From: Nemertoderma westbladi
Taxonomy: Eukaryota; Animalia; Xenacoelomorpha
Direction of reading: 5' to 3'
Assembly: GCA_032718475.1 (NCBI GenBank)
Contig: JAUCBJ010001123.1
Span: forward strand, 38,804-102,803
DNA: 64,000 nt
A model generated the notes under the pieces. It did not search any database. It saw nothing but the letters and a program-made list of their open reading frames with translations, and was not told where the DNA came from. Positions 23,819-37,700 of this stretch are shown piece after piece. The position numbers and the translations under genes were made by a program. Positions within the stretch are counted from its first letter, which is position 1. Each line of letters begins with the position of its first letter.

Positions 23819-25636
23819 TTAGACACTGATATTACCGTGGGCTGTGATGGCCCTTATTAGGGCTATTGCCGAATCAACTAACGGGTTACCGGCGTTGCTG
23901 TTCAGCCCTCTGTCCGAACTAACTGTGTTGGATTGATTTGCCGCACAAAAGTCAAAATAATAGGGCTGATCGAATTGTCGATGCGGTGTAGCGATGAATG
24001 GTTGATGGATATTCCGGTACATTGCCGTGGGTTGTTGCAAGTTGGTCGATTTACGAGGGTACTCATGGTGGAATTGCTGCGTATCTGCAGGTGTAGGATG
24101 ATATTTCCACGCAGATGCCGGGGGCAATTGCCTGTTATGTTGCAAGCGATAATTTCCTCCCCCTCTATTCATCAGAGGTGGTTGGGGGTAGGAAGTTTGT
24201 TTAAATTGATGCGGGTTCGGGCAGCGATATTCGGACGGAACGGAACTATTCGTCTGCTGCTTGTGTGCGTGAGGTCCATGTATTTGCAGCTTTATATTTC
24301 TCGCAAGTATTCCAATATATTTTGCGGCGATATGTTTGGTGTCAAATAAGTGTGATTTTTTAATATTCGACTGCTCAACCAATCTAACACCGACCTTTTG
24401 ACATAGCTTCCGGATTTCTCCGTTGATTGCGTCTACATTGACATCCGAACGAGTGATGATCTCAGAAACGTGGATATCGCAAAGAGGCCACTTTTTGCGA
24501 ATAGTCTCGATACTTTCGTGTGTATTATTTATTATTAAAGAGGTATTATGATTTTCGGGATTGAAGTCATTAGTCCCCGTTTGGATATACACATGGTTGA
24601 TTTTATTTGAAAATTTATTTATAGAGGACGTAGTATTCCGTAGGAGGTCGCCCGTTGTGGCACAGGGAACCATGCGGGCTGCCCGGTCAATTTTGCGCGG
24701 ATATATATACTTCCGGTTACTATCCATGAATAGCAGGGTAGTAACTCTGTTATCTTTGTCTTCCGTTGGTGTAACCCTGATAAATTCGGTGGTATCGGTA
24801 TCAATATCAATGACTGTCGGTGTTTCTGCGGTAGTACCGGAATTCGATTGAGTATGAGAACCGTTACCCGTAATTATTTGGTTTGAATCTGGCTGTTCCA
24901 ACTCCTGTATAATTTCTGAATCAGATTGCCCAGCATCTGGATATCCCGATGCATGGTCGCATTGACCAGGAGTTAGCTGGGTTTTGTTATCGGTATAGGT
25001 CGTGGCAGTAGAACAGAGGCTAGATTCGACTATGCGCTCGAGATTATTAATGCGCATCATGTCGCCTCGCCGTATCTCTTTTACCTGGGCAAGTTCGAGT
25101 TCTACCGTAGCCAGACGATCAAGTAATCGGCTATATAATTCCAGACATTGAGCCCCATCATGTACGCCAGGTGTATGAGGGCTACCGGTACATGACGGTG
25201 TCACGTTGTCGGTACCGGTAGGAATATCGCTCGAACTATAACTATCATTACTATTGTACGTTGTATTTAAATCAGTACCAGTACCGGTAGCGACGTCTGG
25301 GGTATATGGAGACTCACCGAGTGAGGCTGACTTCTCTAGCTCCATACCGAGTGGAGGTTGAGCGTCGGCGCCCGTATCGATACTGGTATCAGAGGAATCT
25401 GTATCAGTGCTTTCCGGTGGCGGTGAGATGGTTCTCGATTTCATTTGGGTTTGTCTGTAACCAGTAGAATCGCTGTACCGATATGTTGGATTGCAATTAG
25501 CGTAAGTTTGTAATCGTAATAAAAGTGCTGCTTTTGGTCCAGTTGTTTGGAGTTTTAGAGACCGCAACTCTTCTCTCAATTCTTTATTTTTCAATGTATC
25601 ATAGATTGAGTTGCTATCTCCATTGCCTGGGGCCAT
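23819..25636 (-). CDS. LINE ORF1: SAP-like domain, low-complexity linker, coiled coil, SGNH/GDSL esterase, P/Q-rich tail (605 aa from first ATG)
   Basis: SAP-like YDTLKNKELREELRSLKLQTTGPKAALLLRL. Heptad region LLDRLATVELELAQVKE...INNLERIV. SGNH blocks FMDSN, QTGTND and DTKH. Confidence 0.9.
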   Translation of the reverse strand: MAPGNGDSNSIYDTLKNKELREELRSLKLQTTGPKAALLLRLQTYANCNPTYRYSDSTGYRQTQMKSRTISPPPESTDTDSSDTSIDTGADAQPPLGMELEKSASLGESPYTPDVATGTGTDLNTTYNSNDSYSSSDIPTGTDNVTPSCTGSPHTPGVHDGAQCLELYSRLLDRLATVELELAQVKEIRRGDMMRINNLERIVESSLCSTATTYTDNKTQLTPGQCDHASGYPDAGQSDSEIIQELEQPDSNQIITGNGSHTQSNSGTTAETPTVIDIDTDTTEFIRVTPTEDKDNRVTTLLFMDSNRKYIYPRKIDRAARMVPCATTGDLLRNTTSSINKFSNKINHVYIQTGTNDFNPENHNTSLIINNTHESIETIRKKWPLCDIHVSEIITRSDVNVDAINGEIRKLCQKVGVRLVEQSNIKKSHLFDTKHIAAKYIGILARNIKLQIHGPHAHKQQTNSSVPSEYRCPNPHQFKQTSYPQPPLMNRGGGNYRLQHNRQLPPASAWKYHPTPADTQQFHHEYPRKSTNLQQPTAMYRNIHQPFIATPHRQFDQPYYFDFCAANQSNTVSSDRGLNSNAGNPLVDSAIALIRAITAHGNISV

Positions 25637-25778
25637 AGACCAGTAGGTTACAGGTACGTCGCGGTTGTGCGTAGAATTCAATTAAAATTTTTTTAAGTCA
25701 GACAGCAGAGGTGCAGTATCAGTACAGCAGTATAAATTACTTTTTATATTATTTGGGGACTTTGGGGATTATGTCAAT

Positions 25779-28700
25779 ATAGCCATACAACTGTGAAAGT
25801 GAAAGTTAGTTATTGCATACGGAATAGCCATACAACTGTGAAAGTGAAAGTTAGTTATTTCATACGGAATAGCCATACAACTGTGAAAGTGAAAGTTAGT
25901 TATTACATACGGAATAGCCATACAACTGTGAAAGTGAAAGTTAGTTATTGCATACGGAATAGCCATACAACTCTGAAAGTGAAAGTTAGTTATTGCATAC
26001 GGAATAGCCATACATACAATTCTGAAAGTGAAAGTTAGTTATTGCATACGGAATAGCCATACAACTGTGAAAGTGAAAGTTAGTTATTGCATACGGAATA
26101 GCCATACAACTGTGAAAGTGAAAGTTAGTTATTGCATACGGAATAGCCATACAACTCTGAAAGTGAAAGTTAGTTATTGCATACGGAATAGCCATACATA
26201 CAATTCTGAAAGTGAAAGTTAGTTATTGCATACGGAATAGCCATACAACTGTGAAAGTGAAAGTTAGTTATTTCATACGGAATAGCCATACAACTGTGAA
26301 AGTGAAAGTTAGTTATTGCATACGGAATAGCCATACAACTGTGAAAGTGAAAGTTAGTTATTTCATACGGAATAGCCATACAACTGTGAAAGTGAAAGTT
26401 AGTTATTGCATACGGAATAGCCATACAACTGTGAAAGTGAAAGTTAGTTATTTCATACGGAATAGCCATACAACTGTGAAAGTGAAAGTTAGTTATTGCA
26501 TACGGAATAGCCATACAACTGTGAAAGTGAAAGTTAGTTATTTCATACGGAATAGCCATACAACTGTGAAAGTGAAAGTTAGTTATTGCATACGGAATAG
26601 CCATACAACTGTGAAAGTGAAAGTTAGTTATTTCATACGGAATAGCCATACAACTGTGAAAGTGAAAGTTAGTTATTGCATACGGAATAGCCATACAACT
26701 GTGAAAGTGAAAGTTAGTTATTACATACGGAATAGCCATACAACTGTGAAAGTGAAAGTTAGTTATTGCATACGGAATAGCCATACAACTCTGAAAGTGA
26801 AAGTTAGTTATTGCATACGGAATAGCCATACATACAATTCTGAAAGTGAAAGTTAGTTATTGCATACGGAATAGCCATACAACTGTGAAAGTGAAAGTTA
26901 GTTATTGCATACGGAATAGCCATACAACTCTGAAAGTGAAAGTTAGTTATTGCATACGGAATAACCATACAACTGTGAAAGTGAAAGTTACTTATTACAT
27001 ACGGAATAGCCATACAACTGTGAAAGTGAAAGTTAGTTATTGCATACGGAATAGCCATACAACTCTGAAAGTGAAAGTTAGTTATTGCATACGGAATAGC
27101 CATACATACAATTCTGAAAGTGAAAGTTAGTTATTGCATACGGAATAGCCATACAATTGTGAAAGTGAAAGTTAGTTATTGCATACGGAATAGCCATACA
27201 ACTGTGAAAGTGAAAGTTAGTTATTGCATACGGAATAGCCATACAACTGTGAAAGTGAAAGTTAGTTATTGCATACGGAATAGCCATACAACTGTGAAAG
27301 TGAAAGTTAGTTATTTCATACGGAATAGCCATACAACTGTGAAAGTGAAAGTTAGTTATTGTATACGGAATAGCCATACAACTGTGAAAGTGAAAGTTAG
27401 TTATTGCATACGGAATAGCCATACAACTGTGAAAGTGAAAGTTAGTTATTTCATACGGAATAGCCATACAACTGTGAAAGTGAAAGTTAGTTATTTCATA
27501 CGGAATAGCCATACAACTGTGAAAGTGAAAGTTCGTTATTGCATACGGAATTGCCATACAACTGTGAAAGTGAAAGTTAGTTATTGCATACGGAATAGCC
27601 ATACAACTGTGAAAGTGAAGGATAGTTATTGCATACGGAATAGCCATACAACTGTGAAAGTGAAAGTTAGTTATTGCACACGGAATAGCCATACAACTGT
27701 GAAAGTGAAAGTTAGTTATTGCATACGGAATAGCCATCCAACTGTGAAAGTGAAAGTTAGTTATTGCATACGGAATAGCCATACAACTGTGAAAGTGAAA
27801 GTTAGTTATTACATACGGAATAGCCATACAACTGTGAAAGTGAAAGTTAGTTATTGCACACGGAATAGCCATACAACTGTGAAAGTGAAAGTTAGTTATT
27901 GCATACGGAATAGCCATCCAACTGTGAAAGTGAAAGTTAGTTATTGCATACGGAATAGCCATACAACTGTGAAAGTGAAAGTTAGTTATTGCATACGGAA
28001 TAGCCATACAACTGTGAAAGTGAAAGTTAGTTATTGTATACGGAATAGCCATACAACTGTGAAAGTGAAAGTTAGTTATTGCATACGGAATAGCCATACA
28101 ACTGTGAAAGTGAAAGTTAGTTATTGCATACGGAATAGCCATCCAACTGTGAAAGTGAAAGTTAGTTATTGCATACGGAATAGCCATACAACTGTGAAAG
28201 TGAAAGTTAGTTATTACATACGGAATAGCCATACAACTGTGAAAGTGAAAGTTAGTTATTGTATACGGAATAGCCATACAACTGTGAAAGTGAAAGTTAG
28301 TTATTGCATACGGAATAGCCATACAACTGTGAAAGTGAAAGTTAGTTATTGCGTACGGAATAGCCATACAACTGTGAAAGTGAAAGTTCGTTATTGCATA
28401 CGGAATTGCCATACAACTGTGAAAGTGAAAGTTAGTTATTGCATACGGAATAGCCATACAACTGTGAAAGTGAAGGATAGTTATTGCATACGGAATAGCC
28501 ATACAACTGTGAAAGTGAAAGTTAGTTATTGCATACGGAATAGCCATACAACTGTGAAAGTGAAGGATAGTTATTGCATACGGAATAGCCATACAACTGT
28601 GAAAGTGAAAGTTAGTTATTGCACACGGAATAGCCATACAACTGTGAAAGTGAAAGTTAGTTATTGCATACGGAATAGCCATACAACTGTGAAAGTTAGT

Positions 28701-31700
28701 TATTGCATACGGAATAGCCATACAACTGTGAAAGTGAAAGTTAGTTATTGCATACGGAATAGCCATACAACTGTGAAAGTTAGTTATTGCATACGGAATA
28801 GCCATACAACTGTGAAAGTTAGTTATTGCATACGGAATAGCCATCCAACTGTGAAAGTGAAAGTTAGTTATTGCATACGGAATAGCCATACAACTGTGAA
28901 AGTGAAAGTTAGTTATTACATACGGAATAGCCATACAACTGTGAAAGTGAAAGTTAGTTATTGTATACGGAATAGCCATACAACTGTGAAAGTGAAAGTT
29001 AGTTATTGCATACGGAATAGCCATACAACTGTGAAAGTGAAAGTTAGTTATTGCGTACGGAATAGCCATACAACTGTGAAAGTGAAAGTTCGTTATTCCA
29101 TACGGAATTGCCATACAACTGTGAAAGTGAAAGTTAGTTATTGCATACGGAATAGCCATACAACTGTGAAAGTGAAAGATAGTTATTGCATACGGAATAG
29201 CCATACAACTGTGAAAGTGAAAGTTAGTTATTGCACACGGAATAGCCATACATCTGTGAAAGTGAAAGTTAGTTATTGCATACGGAATAGCCATACAACT
29301 GTGAAAGTTAGTTATTGCATACGGAATAGCCATACAACTGTGAAAGTGAAAGTTAGTTATTGCATACGGAATAGCCATACAACTGTGAAAGTGAAAGTTA
29401 GTTATTGCACACGGAATAGCCATACAACTGTGAAAGTGAAAGTTAGTTATTGCATACGGAATAGCCATACAACTGTGAAAGTGAAAGATAGTTATTGCAT
29501 ACGGAATAGCCATACAACTTTGAAAGTGAAAGTTAGTTATTGCACACGGAATAGCCATACAACTGTGAAAGTGAAAGTTAGTTATTGCATACGGAATAGC
29601 CATACAACTGTGAAAGTTAGTTATTGCATACGGAATAGCCATACAACTGTGAAAGTGAAAGTTAGTTATTGCATACGGAATAGCCATACAACTGTGAAAG
29701 TGAAAGTTAGTTATTTCATACGGAATAGCCATACAACTGTGAAAGTGAAAGTTAGTTATTGCATACGGAATAGCCATACAACTGTGAAAGTGAAAGTTAG
29801 TTATTGCATACGGAATAGCCATACAACTGTGAAAGAGAAAGTTAGTTATTGCATACGGAATAGCCATACAACTGTGAAAGTGAAAGTTAGTTATTGCATA
29901 CGGAATAGCCATACAACTGTGAAAGTGAAAGTTCGTTATTGCATACGGAATAGCCATACAACTGTGAAAGTGAAAGTTAGTTATTTCATACGGAATAGCC
30001 ATACAACTGTGAAAGAGAAAGTTAGTTATTGCATACGGAATAGCCATACAACTGTGAAAGTGAAAGTTAGTTATTGCATACGGAATAGCCATACAACTGT
30101 GAAAGTGAAAGTTAGTTATTGCATACGGAATAGCCATACAACTGTGAAAGTGAAAGTTAGTTATTGAATACGGAATAGCCATACAACTGTGAAAGTGAAA
30201 GTTAGTTATTTCATACGGAATAGCCATACAACTGTGAAAGAGAAAGTTAGTTATTGCATACGGAATAGCCATACAACTGTGAAAGTGAAAGTTAGTTATT
30301 GAATACGGAATAGCCATACAACTGTGAAAGAGAAAGTTAGTTATTGCATACGGAATAGCCATACAACTGTGAAAGAGAAAGTTAGTTATTGCATACGGAA
30401 TAGCCATACAACTGTGAAAGTGAAAGTTAGTTATTGCATACGGAATAGCCATACAACTGTGAAAGTGAAAGTTAGTTATTGAATACGGAATAGCCATACA
30501 ACTCTGAAAGTGAAAGTTAGTTATTGCATACGGAATAGCCATACAACTGTGAAAGTGAAAGTTAGTTATTTCATACGGAATAGCCATACAACTGTGAAAG
30601 AGAAAGTTAGTTATTGCATACGGAATAGCCATACAACTGTGAAAGTGAAAGTTAGTTATTGCATACGGAATAGCCATACAACTGTGAAAGTGAAAGTTAG
30701 TTATTGCAATGGAATAGCCATACAACTGTGAAATTGAAATTTAGTTATTGCATACGGAATAGCCATACAACTGTGAAAGTGAAAGTTAGTTATTTCATAC
30801 GGAATAGCCATACAACTGTGAAAGTGAAAGTTAGTTATTGCATACGGAATAGCCATACAACTGTGAAAGTGAAAGTTAGTTATTTCATACGGAATAGCCA
30901 TACAACTGTGAAAGTGAAAGTTAGTTATTGCATACGGAATAGCCATACAACTGTGAAAGTGAAAGTTAGTTATTTCATACGGAATAGCCATACAACTGTG
31001 AAAGTGAAAGTTAGTTATTGCATACGGAATAGCCATACAACTGTGAAAGTGAAAGTTAGTTATTTCATACGGAATAGCCATACAACTGTGAAAGTGAAAG
31101 TTAGTTATTACATACGGAATAGCCATACAACTGTGAAAGTGAAAGTTAGTTATTGCATACGGAATAGCCATACAACTCTGAAAGTGAAAGTTAGTTATTG
31201 CATACGGAATAGCCATACATACAATTCTGAAAGTGAAAGTTAGTTATTGCATACGGAATAGCCATACAACTGTGAAAGTGAAAGTTAGTTATTTCATACG
31301 GAATAGCCATACAACTGTGAAAGTGAAAGTTAGTTATTGCATACGGAATAGCCATACAACTGTGAAAGTGAAAGTTAGTTATTGCATACGGAATAGCCAT
31401 ACAACTGTGAAAGTGAAAGTTAGTTATTTCATACGGAATAGCCATACAACTGTGAAAGTGAAAGTTAGTTATTTCATACGGAATAGCCATACAACTGTGA
31501 AAGTGAAAGTTAGTTATTGCATACGGAATAGCCATACAACTGTGAAAGTGAAAGTTAGTTATTGCATACGGAATAGCCATACATACAATTCTGAAAGTGA
31601 AAGTTAGTTATTGCATACGGAATAGCCATACAACTGTGAAAGTGAAAGTTAGTTATTGCATACGGAATAGCCATACAACTGTGAAAGTGAAAGTTAGTTA

Positions 31701-34700
31701 TTGCATACGGAATAGCCATACAACTCTGAAAGTGAAAGTTAGTTATTGCATACGGAATAGCCATACATACAATTCTGAAAGTGAAAGTTAGTTATTGCAT
31801 ACGGAATAGCCATACAACTGTGAAAGTGAAAGTTAGTTATTTCATACGGAATAGCCATACAACTGTGAAAGTGAAAGTTAGTTATTGCATACGGAATAGC
31901 CATACAACTGTGAAAGTGAAAGTTAGTTATTTCATACGGAATAGCCATACAACTGTGAAAGTGAAAGTTAGTTATTGCATACGGAATAGCCATACAACTG
32001 TGAAAGTGAAAGTTAGTTATTTCATACGGAATAGCCATACAACTGTGAAAGTGAAAGTTAGTTATTGCATACGGAATAGCCATACAACTGTGAAAGTGAA
32101 AGTTAGTTATTTCATACGGAATAGCCATACAACTGTGAAAGTGAAAGTTAGTTATTGCATACGGAATAGCCATACAACTGTGAAAGTGAAAGTTAGTTAT
32201 TGCATACGGAATAGCCATACAACTGTGAAAGAGAAAGTTAGTTATTGCATACGGAATAGCCATACAACTGTGAAAGTGAAAGTTAGTTATTGCATACGGA
32301 ATAGCCATACAACTGTGAAAGTGAAAGTTCGTTATTGCATACGGAATAGCCATACAACTGTGAAAGTGAAAGTTAGTTATTTCATACGGAATAGCCATAC
32401 AACTGTGAAAGAGAAAGTTAGTTATTGCATACGGAATAGCCATACAACTGTGAAAGTGAAAGTTAGTTATTGCATACGGAATAGCCATACAACTGTGAAA
32501 GTGAAAGTTAGTTATTGCATACGGAATAGCCATACAACTGTGAAAGTGAAAGTTAGTTATTGAATACGGAATAGCCATACAACTGTGAAAGTGAAAGTTA
32601 GTTATTTCATACGGAATAGCCATACAACTGTGAAAGAGAAAGTTAGTTATTGCATACGGAATAGCCATACAACTGTGAAAGTGAAAGTTAGTTATTGAAT
32701 ACGGAATAGCCATACAACTGTGAAAGAGAAAGTTAGTTATTGCATACGGAATAGCCATACAACTGTGAAAGAGAAAGTTAGTTATTGCATACGGAATAGC
32801 CATACAACTGTGAAAGTGAAAGTTAGTTATTGCATACGGAATAGCCATACAACTGTGAAAGTGAAAGTTAGTTATTGAATACGGAATAGCCATACAACTC
32901 TGAAAGTGAAAGTTAGTTATTGCATACGGAATAGCCATACAACTGTGAAAGTGAAAGTTAGTTATTTCATACGGAATAGCCATACAACTGTGAAAGAGAA
33001 AGTTAGTTATTGCATACGGAATAGCCATACAACTGTGAAAGTGAAAGTTAGTTATTGCATACGGAATAGCCATACAACTGTGAAAGTGAAAGTTAGTTAT
33101 TGCAATGGAATAGCCATACAACTGTGAAATTGAAATTTAGTTATTGCATACGGAATAGCCATACAACTGTGAAAGTTAGTTATTTCATACGGAATAGCCA
33201 TACAACTGTGAAAGTGAAAGTTAGTTATTGCATACGGAATAGCCATACAACTGTGAAAGTGAAAGTTAGTTATTTCATACGGAATAGCCATACAACTGTG
33301 AAAGTGAAAGTTAGTTATTTCATACGGAATAGCCATACAACTGTGAAAGTGAAAGTTAGTTATTGCATACGGAATAGCCATACAACTGTGAAAGTGAAAG
33401 TTAGTTATTGCATACGGAATAGCCATACAACTGTGAAAGAGAAAGTTAGTTATTGCATACGGAATAGCCATACAACTGTGAAAGTGAAAGTTAGTTATTG
33501 CATACGGAATAGCCATACAACTGTGAAAGTGAAAGTTCGTTATTGCATACGGAATAGCCATACAACTGTGAAAGTGAAAGTTAGTTATTTCATACGGAAT
33601 AGCCATACAACTGTGAAAGTGAAAGTTAGTTATTGCATACGGAATAGCCATACAACTGTGAAAGTGAAAGTTAGTTATTGAATACGGAATAGCCATACAA
33701 CTGTGAAAGTGAAAGTTAGTTATTTCATACGGAATAGCCATACAACTGTGAAAGAGAAAGTTAGTTATTGCATACGGAATAGCCATACAACTGTGAAAGT
33801 GAAAGTTAGTTATTGAATACGGAATAGCCATACAACTGTGAAAGAGAAAGTTAGTTATTGCATACGGAATAGCCATACAACTGTGAAAGAGAAAGTTAGT
33901 TATTGCATACGGAATAGCCATACAACTGTGAAAGTGAAAGTTAGTTATTGCATACGGAATAGCCATACAACTGTGAAAGTGAAAGTTAGTTATTGAATAC
34001 GGAATAGCCATACAACTGTGAAAGTGAAAGTTAGTTATTGCATACGGAATAGCCATACAACTGTGAAAGTGAAAGTTAGTTATTGCATACGGAATAGCCA
34101 TACAACTGTGAAAGTGAAAGTTAGTTATTGAATACGGAATAGCCATACAACTGTGAAAGTGAAAGTTAGTTATTTCATACGGAATAGCCATACAACTGTG
34201 AAAGAGAAAGTTAGTTATTGCATACGGAATAGCCATACAACTGTGAAAGTGAAAGTTAGTTATTGAATACGGAATAGCCATACAACTGTGAAAGAGAAAG
34301 TTAGTTATTGCATACGGAATAGCCATACAACTGTGAAAGAGAAAGTTAGTTATTGCATACGGAATAGCCATACAACTGTGAAAGTGAAAGTTAGTTATTG
34401 CATACGGAATAGCCATACAACTGTGAAAGTGAAAGTTAGTTATTGAATACGGAATAGCCATACAACTCTGAAAGTGAAAGTTAGTTATTGCATACGGAAT
34501 AGCCATACAACTGTGAAAGTGAAAGTTAGTTATTTCATACGGAATAGCCATACAACTGTGAAAGAGAAAGTTAGTTATTGCATACGGAATAGCCATACAA
34601 CTGTGAAAGTGAAAGTTAGTTATTGCATACGGAATAGCCATACAACTGTGAAAGTGAAAGTTAGTTATTGCATACGGAATAGCCATACAACTGTGAAAGT

Positions 34701-37700
34701 GAAAGTTAGTTATTGCATACGGAATAGCCATACAACTGTGAAGGAAGTTAGTTATTTCATACGGAATAGCCATACAACTGTGAAAGTGAAAGTTAGTTAT
34801 TGCATACGGAATAGCCATACAACTGTGAAAGTGAAAGTTAGTTATTTCATACGGAATAGCCATACAACTGTGAAAGTGAAAGTTAGTTATTTCATACGGA
34901 ATAGCCATACAACTGTGAAAGTGAAAGTTAGTTATTGCATACGGAATAGCCATACAACTGTGAAAGTGAAAGTTAGTTATTGCATACGGAATAGCCATAC
35001 AACTGTGAAAGTGAAAGTTAGTTATTGCATACGGAATAGCCATACAACTGTGAAAGTGAAAGTTAGTTATTGCATACGGAATAGCCATACAACTGTGAAA
35101 GTGAAAGTTCGTTATTGCATACGGAATAGCCATACAACTGTGAAAGTGAAAGTTAGTTATTTCATACGGAATAGCCATACAACTGTGAAAGAGAAAGTTA
35201 GTTATTGCATACGGAATAGCCATACAACTGTGAAAGTGAAAGTTAGTTATTGCATACGGAATAGCCATACAACTGTGAAAGTGAAAGTTAGTTATTGCAT
35301 ACGGAATAGCCATACAACTGTGAAAGTGAAAGTTCGTTATTGCATACGGAATAGCCATACAACTGTGAAAGTGAAAGTTAGTTATTTCATACGGAATAGC
35401 CATACAACTGTGAAAGTGAAAGTTAGTTATTGCATACGGAATAGCCATACAACTGTGAAAGTGAAAGTTAGTTATTGAATACGGAATAGCCATACAACTG
35501 TGAAAGTGAAAGTTAGTTATTTCATACGGAATAGCCATACAACTGTGAAAGAGAAAGTTAGTTATTGCATACGGAATAGCCATACAACTGTGAAAGTGAA
35601 AGTTAGTTATTGAATACGGAATAGCCATACAACTGTGAAAGAGAAAGTTAGTTATTGCATACGGAATAGCCATACAACTGTGAAAGAGAAAGTTAGTTAT
35701 TGCATACGGAATAGCCATACAACTGTGAAAGTGAAAGTTAGTTATTGCATACGGAATAGCCATACAACTGTGAAAGTGAAAGTTAGTTATTGAATACGGA
35801 ATAGCCATACAACTGTGAAAGTGAAAGTTAGTTATTGCATACGGAATAGCCATACAACTGTGAAAGTGAAAGTTAGTTATTGCATACGGAATAGCCATAC
35901 AACTGTGAAAGTGAAAGTTAGTTATTGAATACGGAATAGCCATACAACTGTGAAAGTGAAAGTTAGTTATTTCATACGGAATAGCCATACAACTGTGAAA
36001 GAGAAAGTTAGTTATTGCATACGGAATAGCCATACAACTGTGAAAGTGAAAGTTAGTTATTGAATACGGAATAGCCATACAACTGTGAAAGAGAAAGTTA
36101 GTTATTGCATACGGAATAGCCATACAACTGTGAAAGAGAAAGTTAGTTATTGCATACGGAATAGCCATACAACTGTGAAAGTGAAAGTTAGTTATTGCAT
36201 ACGGAATAGCCATACAACTGTGAAAGTGAAAGTTAGTTATTGAATACGGAATAGCCATACAACTCTGAAAGTGAAAGTTAGTTATTGCATACGGAATAGC
36301 CATACAACTGTGAAAGTGAAAGTTAGTTATTTCATACGGAATAGCCATACAACTGTGAAAGAGAAAGTTAGTTATTGCATACGGAATAGCCATACAACTG
36401 TGAAAGTGAAAGTTAGTTATTGCATACGGAATAGCCATACAACTGTGAAAGTGAAAGTTAGTTATTGCAATGGAATAGCCATACAACTGTGAAATTGAAA
36501 TTTAGTTATTGCATACGGAATAGCCATACAACTGTGAAAGTTAGTTATTTCATACGGAATAGCCATACAACTGTGAAAGTGAAAGTTAGTTATTGCATAC
36601 GGAATAGCCATACAACTGTGAAAGTGAAAGTTAGTTATTTCATACGGAATAGCCATACAACTGTGAAAGTGAAAGTTAGTTATTTCATACGGAATAGCCA
36701 TACAACTGTGAAAGTGAAAGTTAGTTATTGCATACGGAATAGCCATACAACTGTGAAAGTGAAAGTTAGTTATTGCATACGGAATAGCCATACAACTGTG
36801 AAAGAGAAAGTTAGTTATTGCATACGGAATAGCCATACAACTGTGAAAGTGAAAGTTAGTTATTGCATACGGAATAGCCATACAACTGTGAAAGTGAAAG
36901 TTCGTTATTGCATACGGAATAGCCATACAACTGTGAAAGTGAAAGTTAGTTATTTCATACGGAATAGCCATACAACTGTGAAAGAGAAAGTTAGTTATTG
37001 CATACGGAATAGCCATACAACTGTGAAAGTGAAAGTTAGTTATTGCATACGGAATAGCCATACAACTGTGAAAGTGAAAGTTAGTTATTGCATACGGAAT
37101 AGCCATACAACTGTGAAAGTGAAAGTTAGTTATTGAATACGGAATAGCCATACAACTGTGAAAGTGAAAGTTAGTTATTTCATACGGAATAGCCATACAA
37201 CTGTGAAAGAGAAAGTTAGTTATTGCATACGGAATAGCCATACAACTGTGAAAGTGAAAGTTAGTTATTGAATACGGAATAGCCATACAACTGTGAAAGA
37301 GAAAGTTAGTTATTGCATACGGAATAGCCATACAACTGTGAAAGAGAAAGTTAGTTATTGCATACGGAATAGCCATACAACTGTGAAAGTGAAAGTTAGT
37401 TATTGCATACGGAATAGCCATACAACTGTGAAAGTGAAAGTTAGTTATTGAATACGGAATAGCCATACAACTCTGAAAGTGAAAGTTAGTTATTGCATAC
37501 GGAATAGCCATACAACTGTGAAAGTGAAAGTTAGTTATTTCATACGGAATAGCCATACAACTGTGAAAGAGAAAGTTAGTTATTGCATACGGAATAGCCA
37601 TACAACTGTGAAAGTGAAAGTTAGTTATTGCATACGGAATAGCCATACAACTGTGAAAGTGAAAGTTAGTTATTGCAATGGAATAGCCATACAACTGTGA

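Larger units (their letters stand above)
19453..25778 (-). mobile_element. Apparently intact, near-full-length APE-type LINE (CR1/L2 group) inserted in the 45-bp satellite
   Basis: Two uninterrupted ORFs (esterase-type ORF1; APE-RT ORF2), a ~280-nt 3' UTR, AATAAA and an (ATT)8 tail. Satellite flanks both sides in continuous register. Confidence 0.95.

Noticed and set aside
19819-24851. Short antisense or alternative-frame ORFs inside the LINE
   Set aside because: Shadow frames of ORF1 and ORF2 with no independent evidence.
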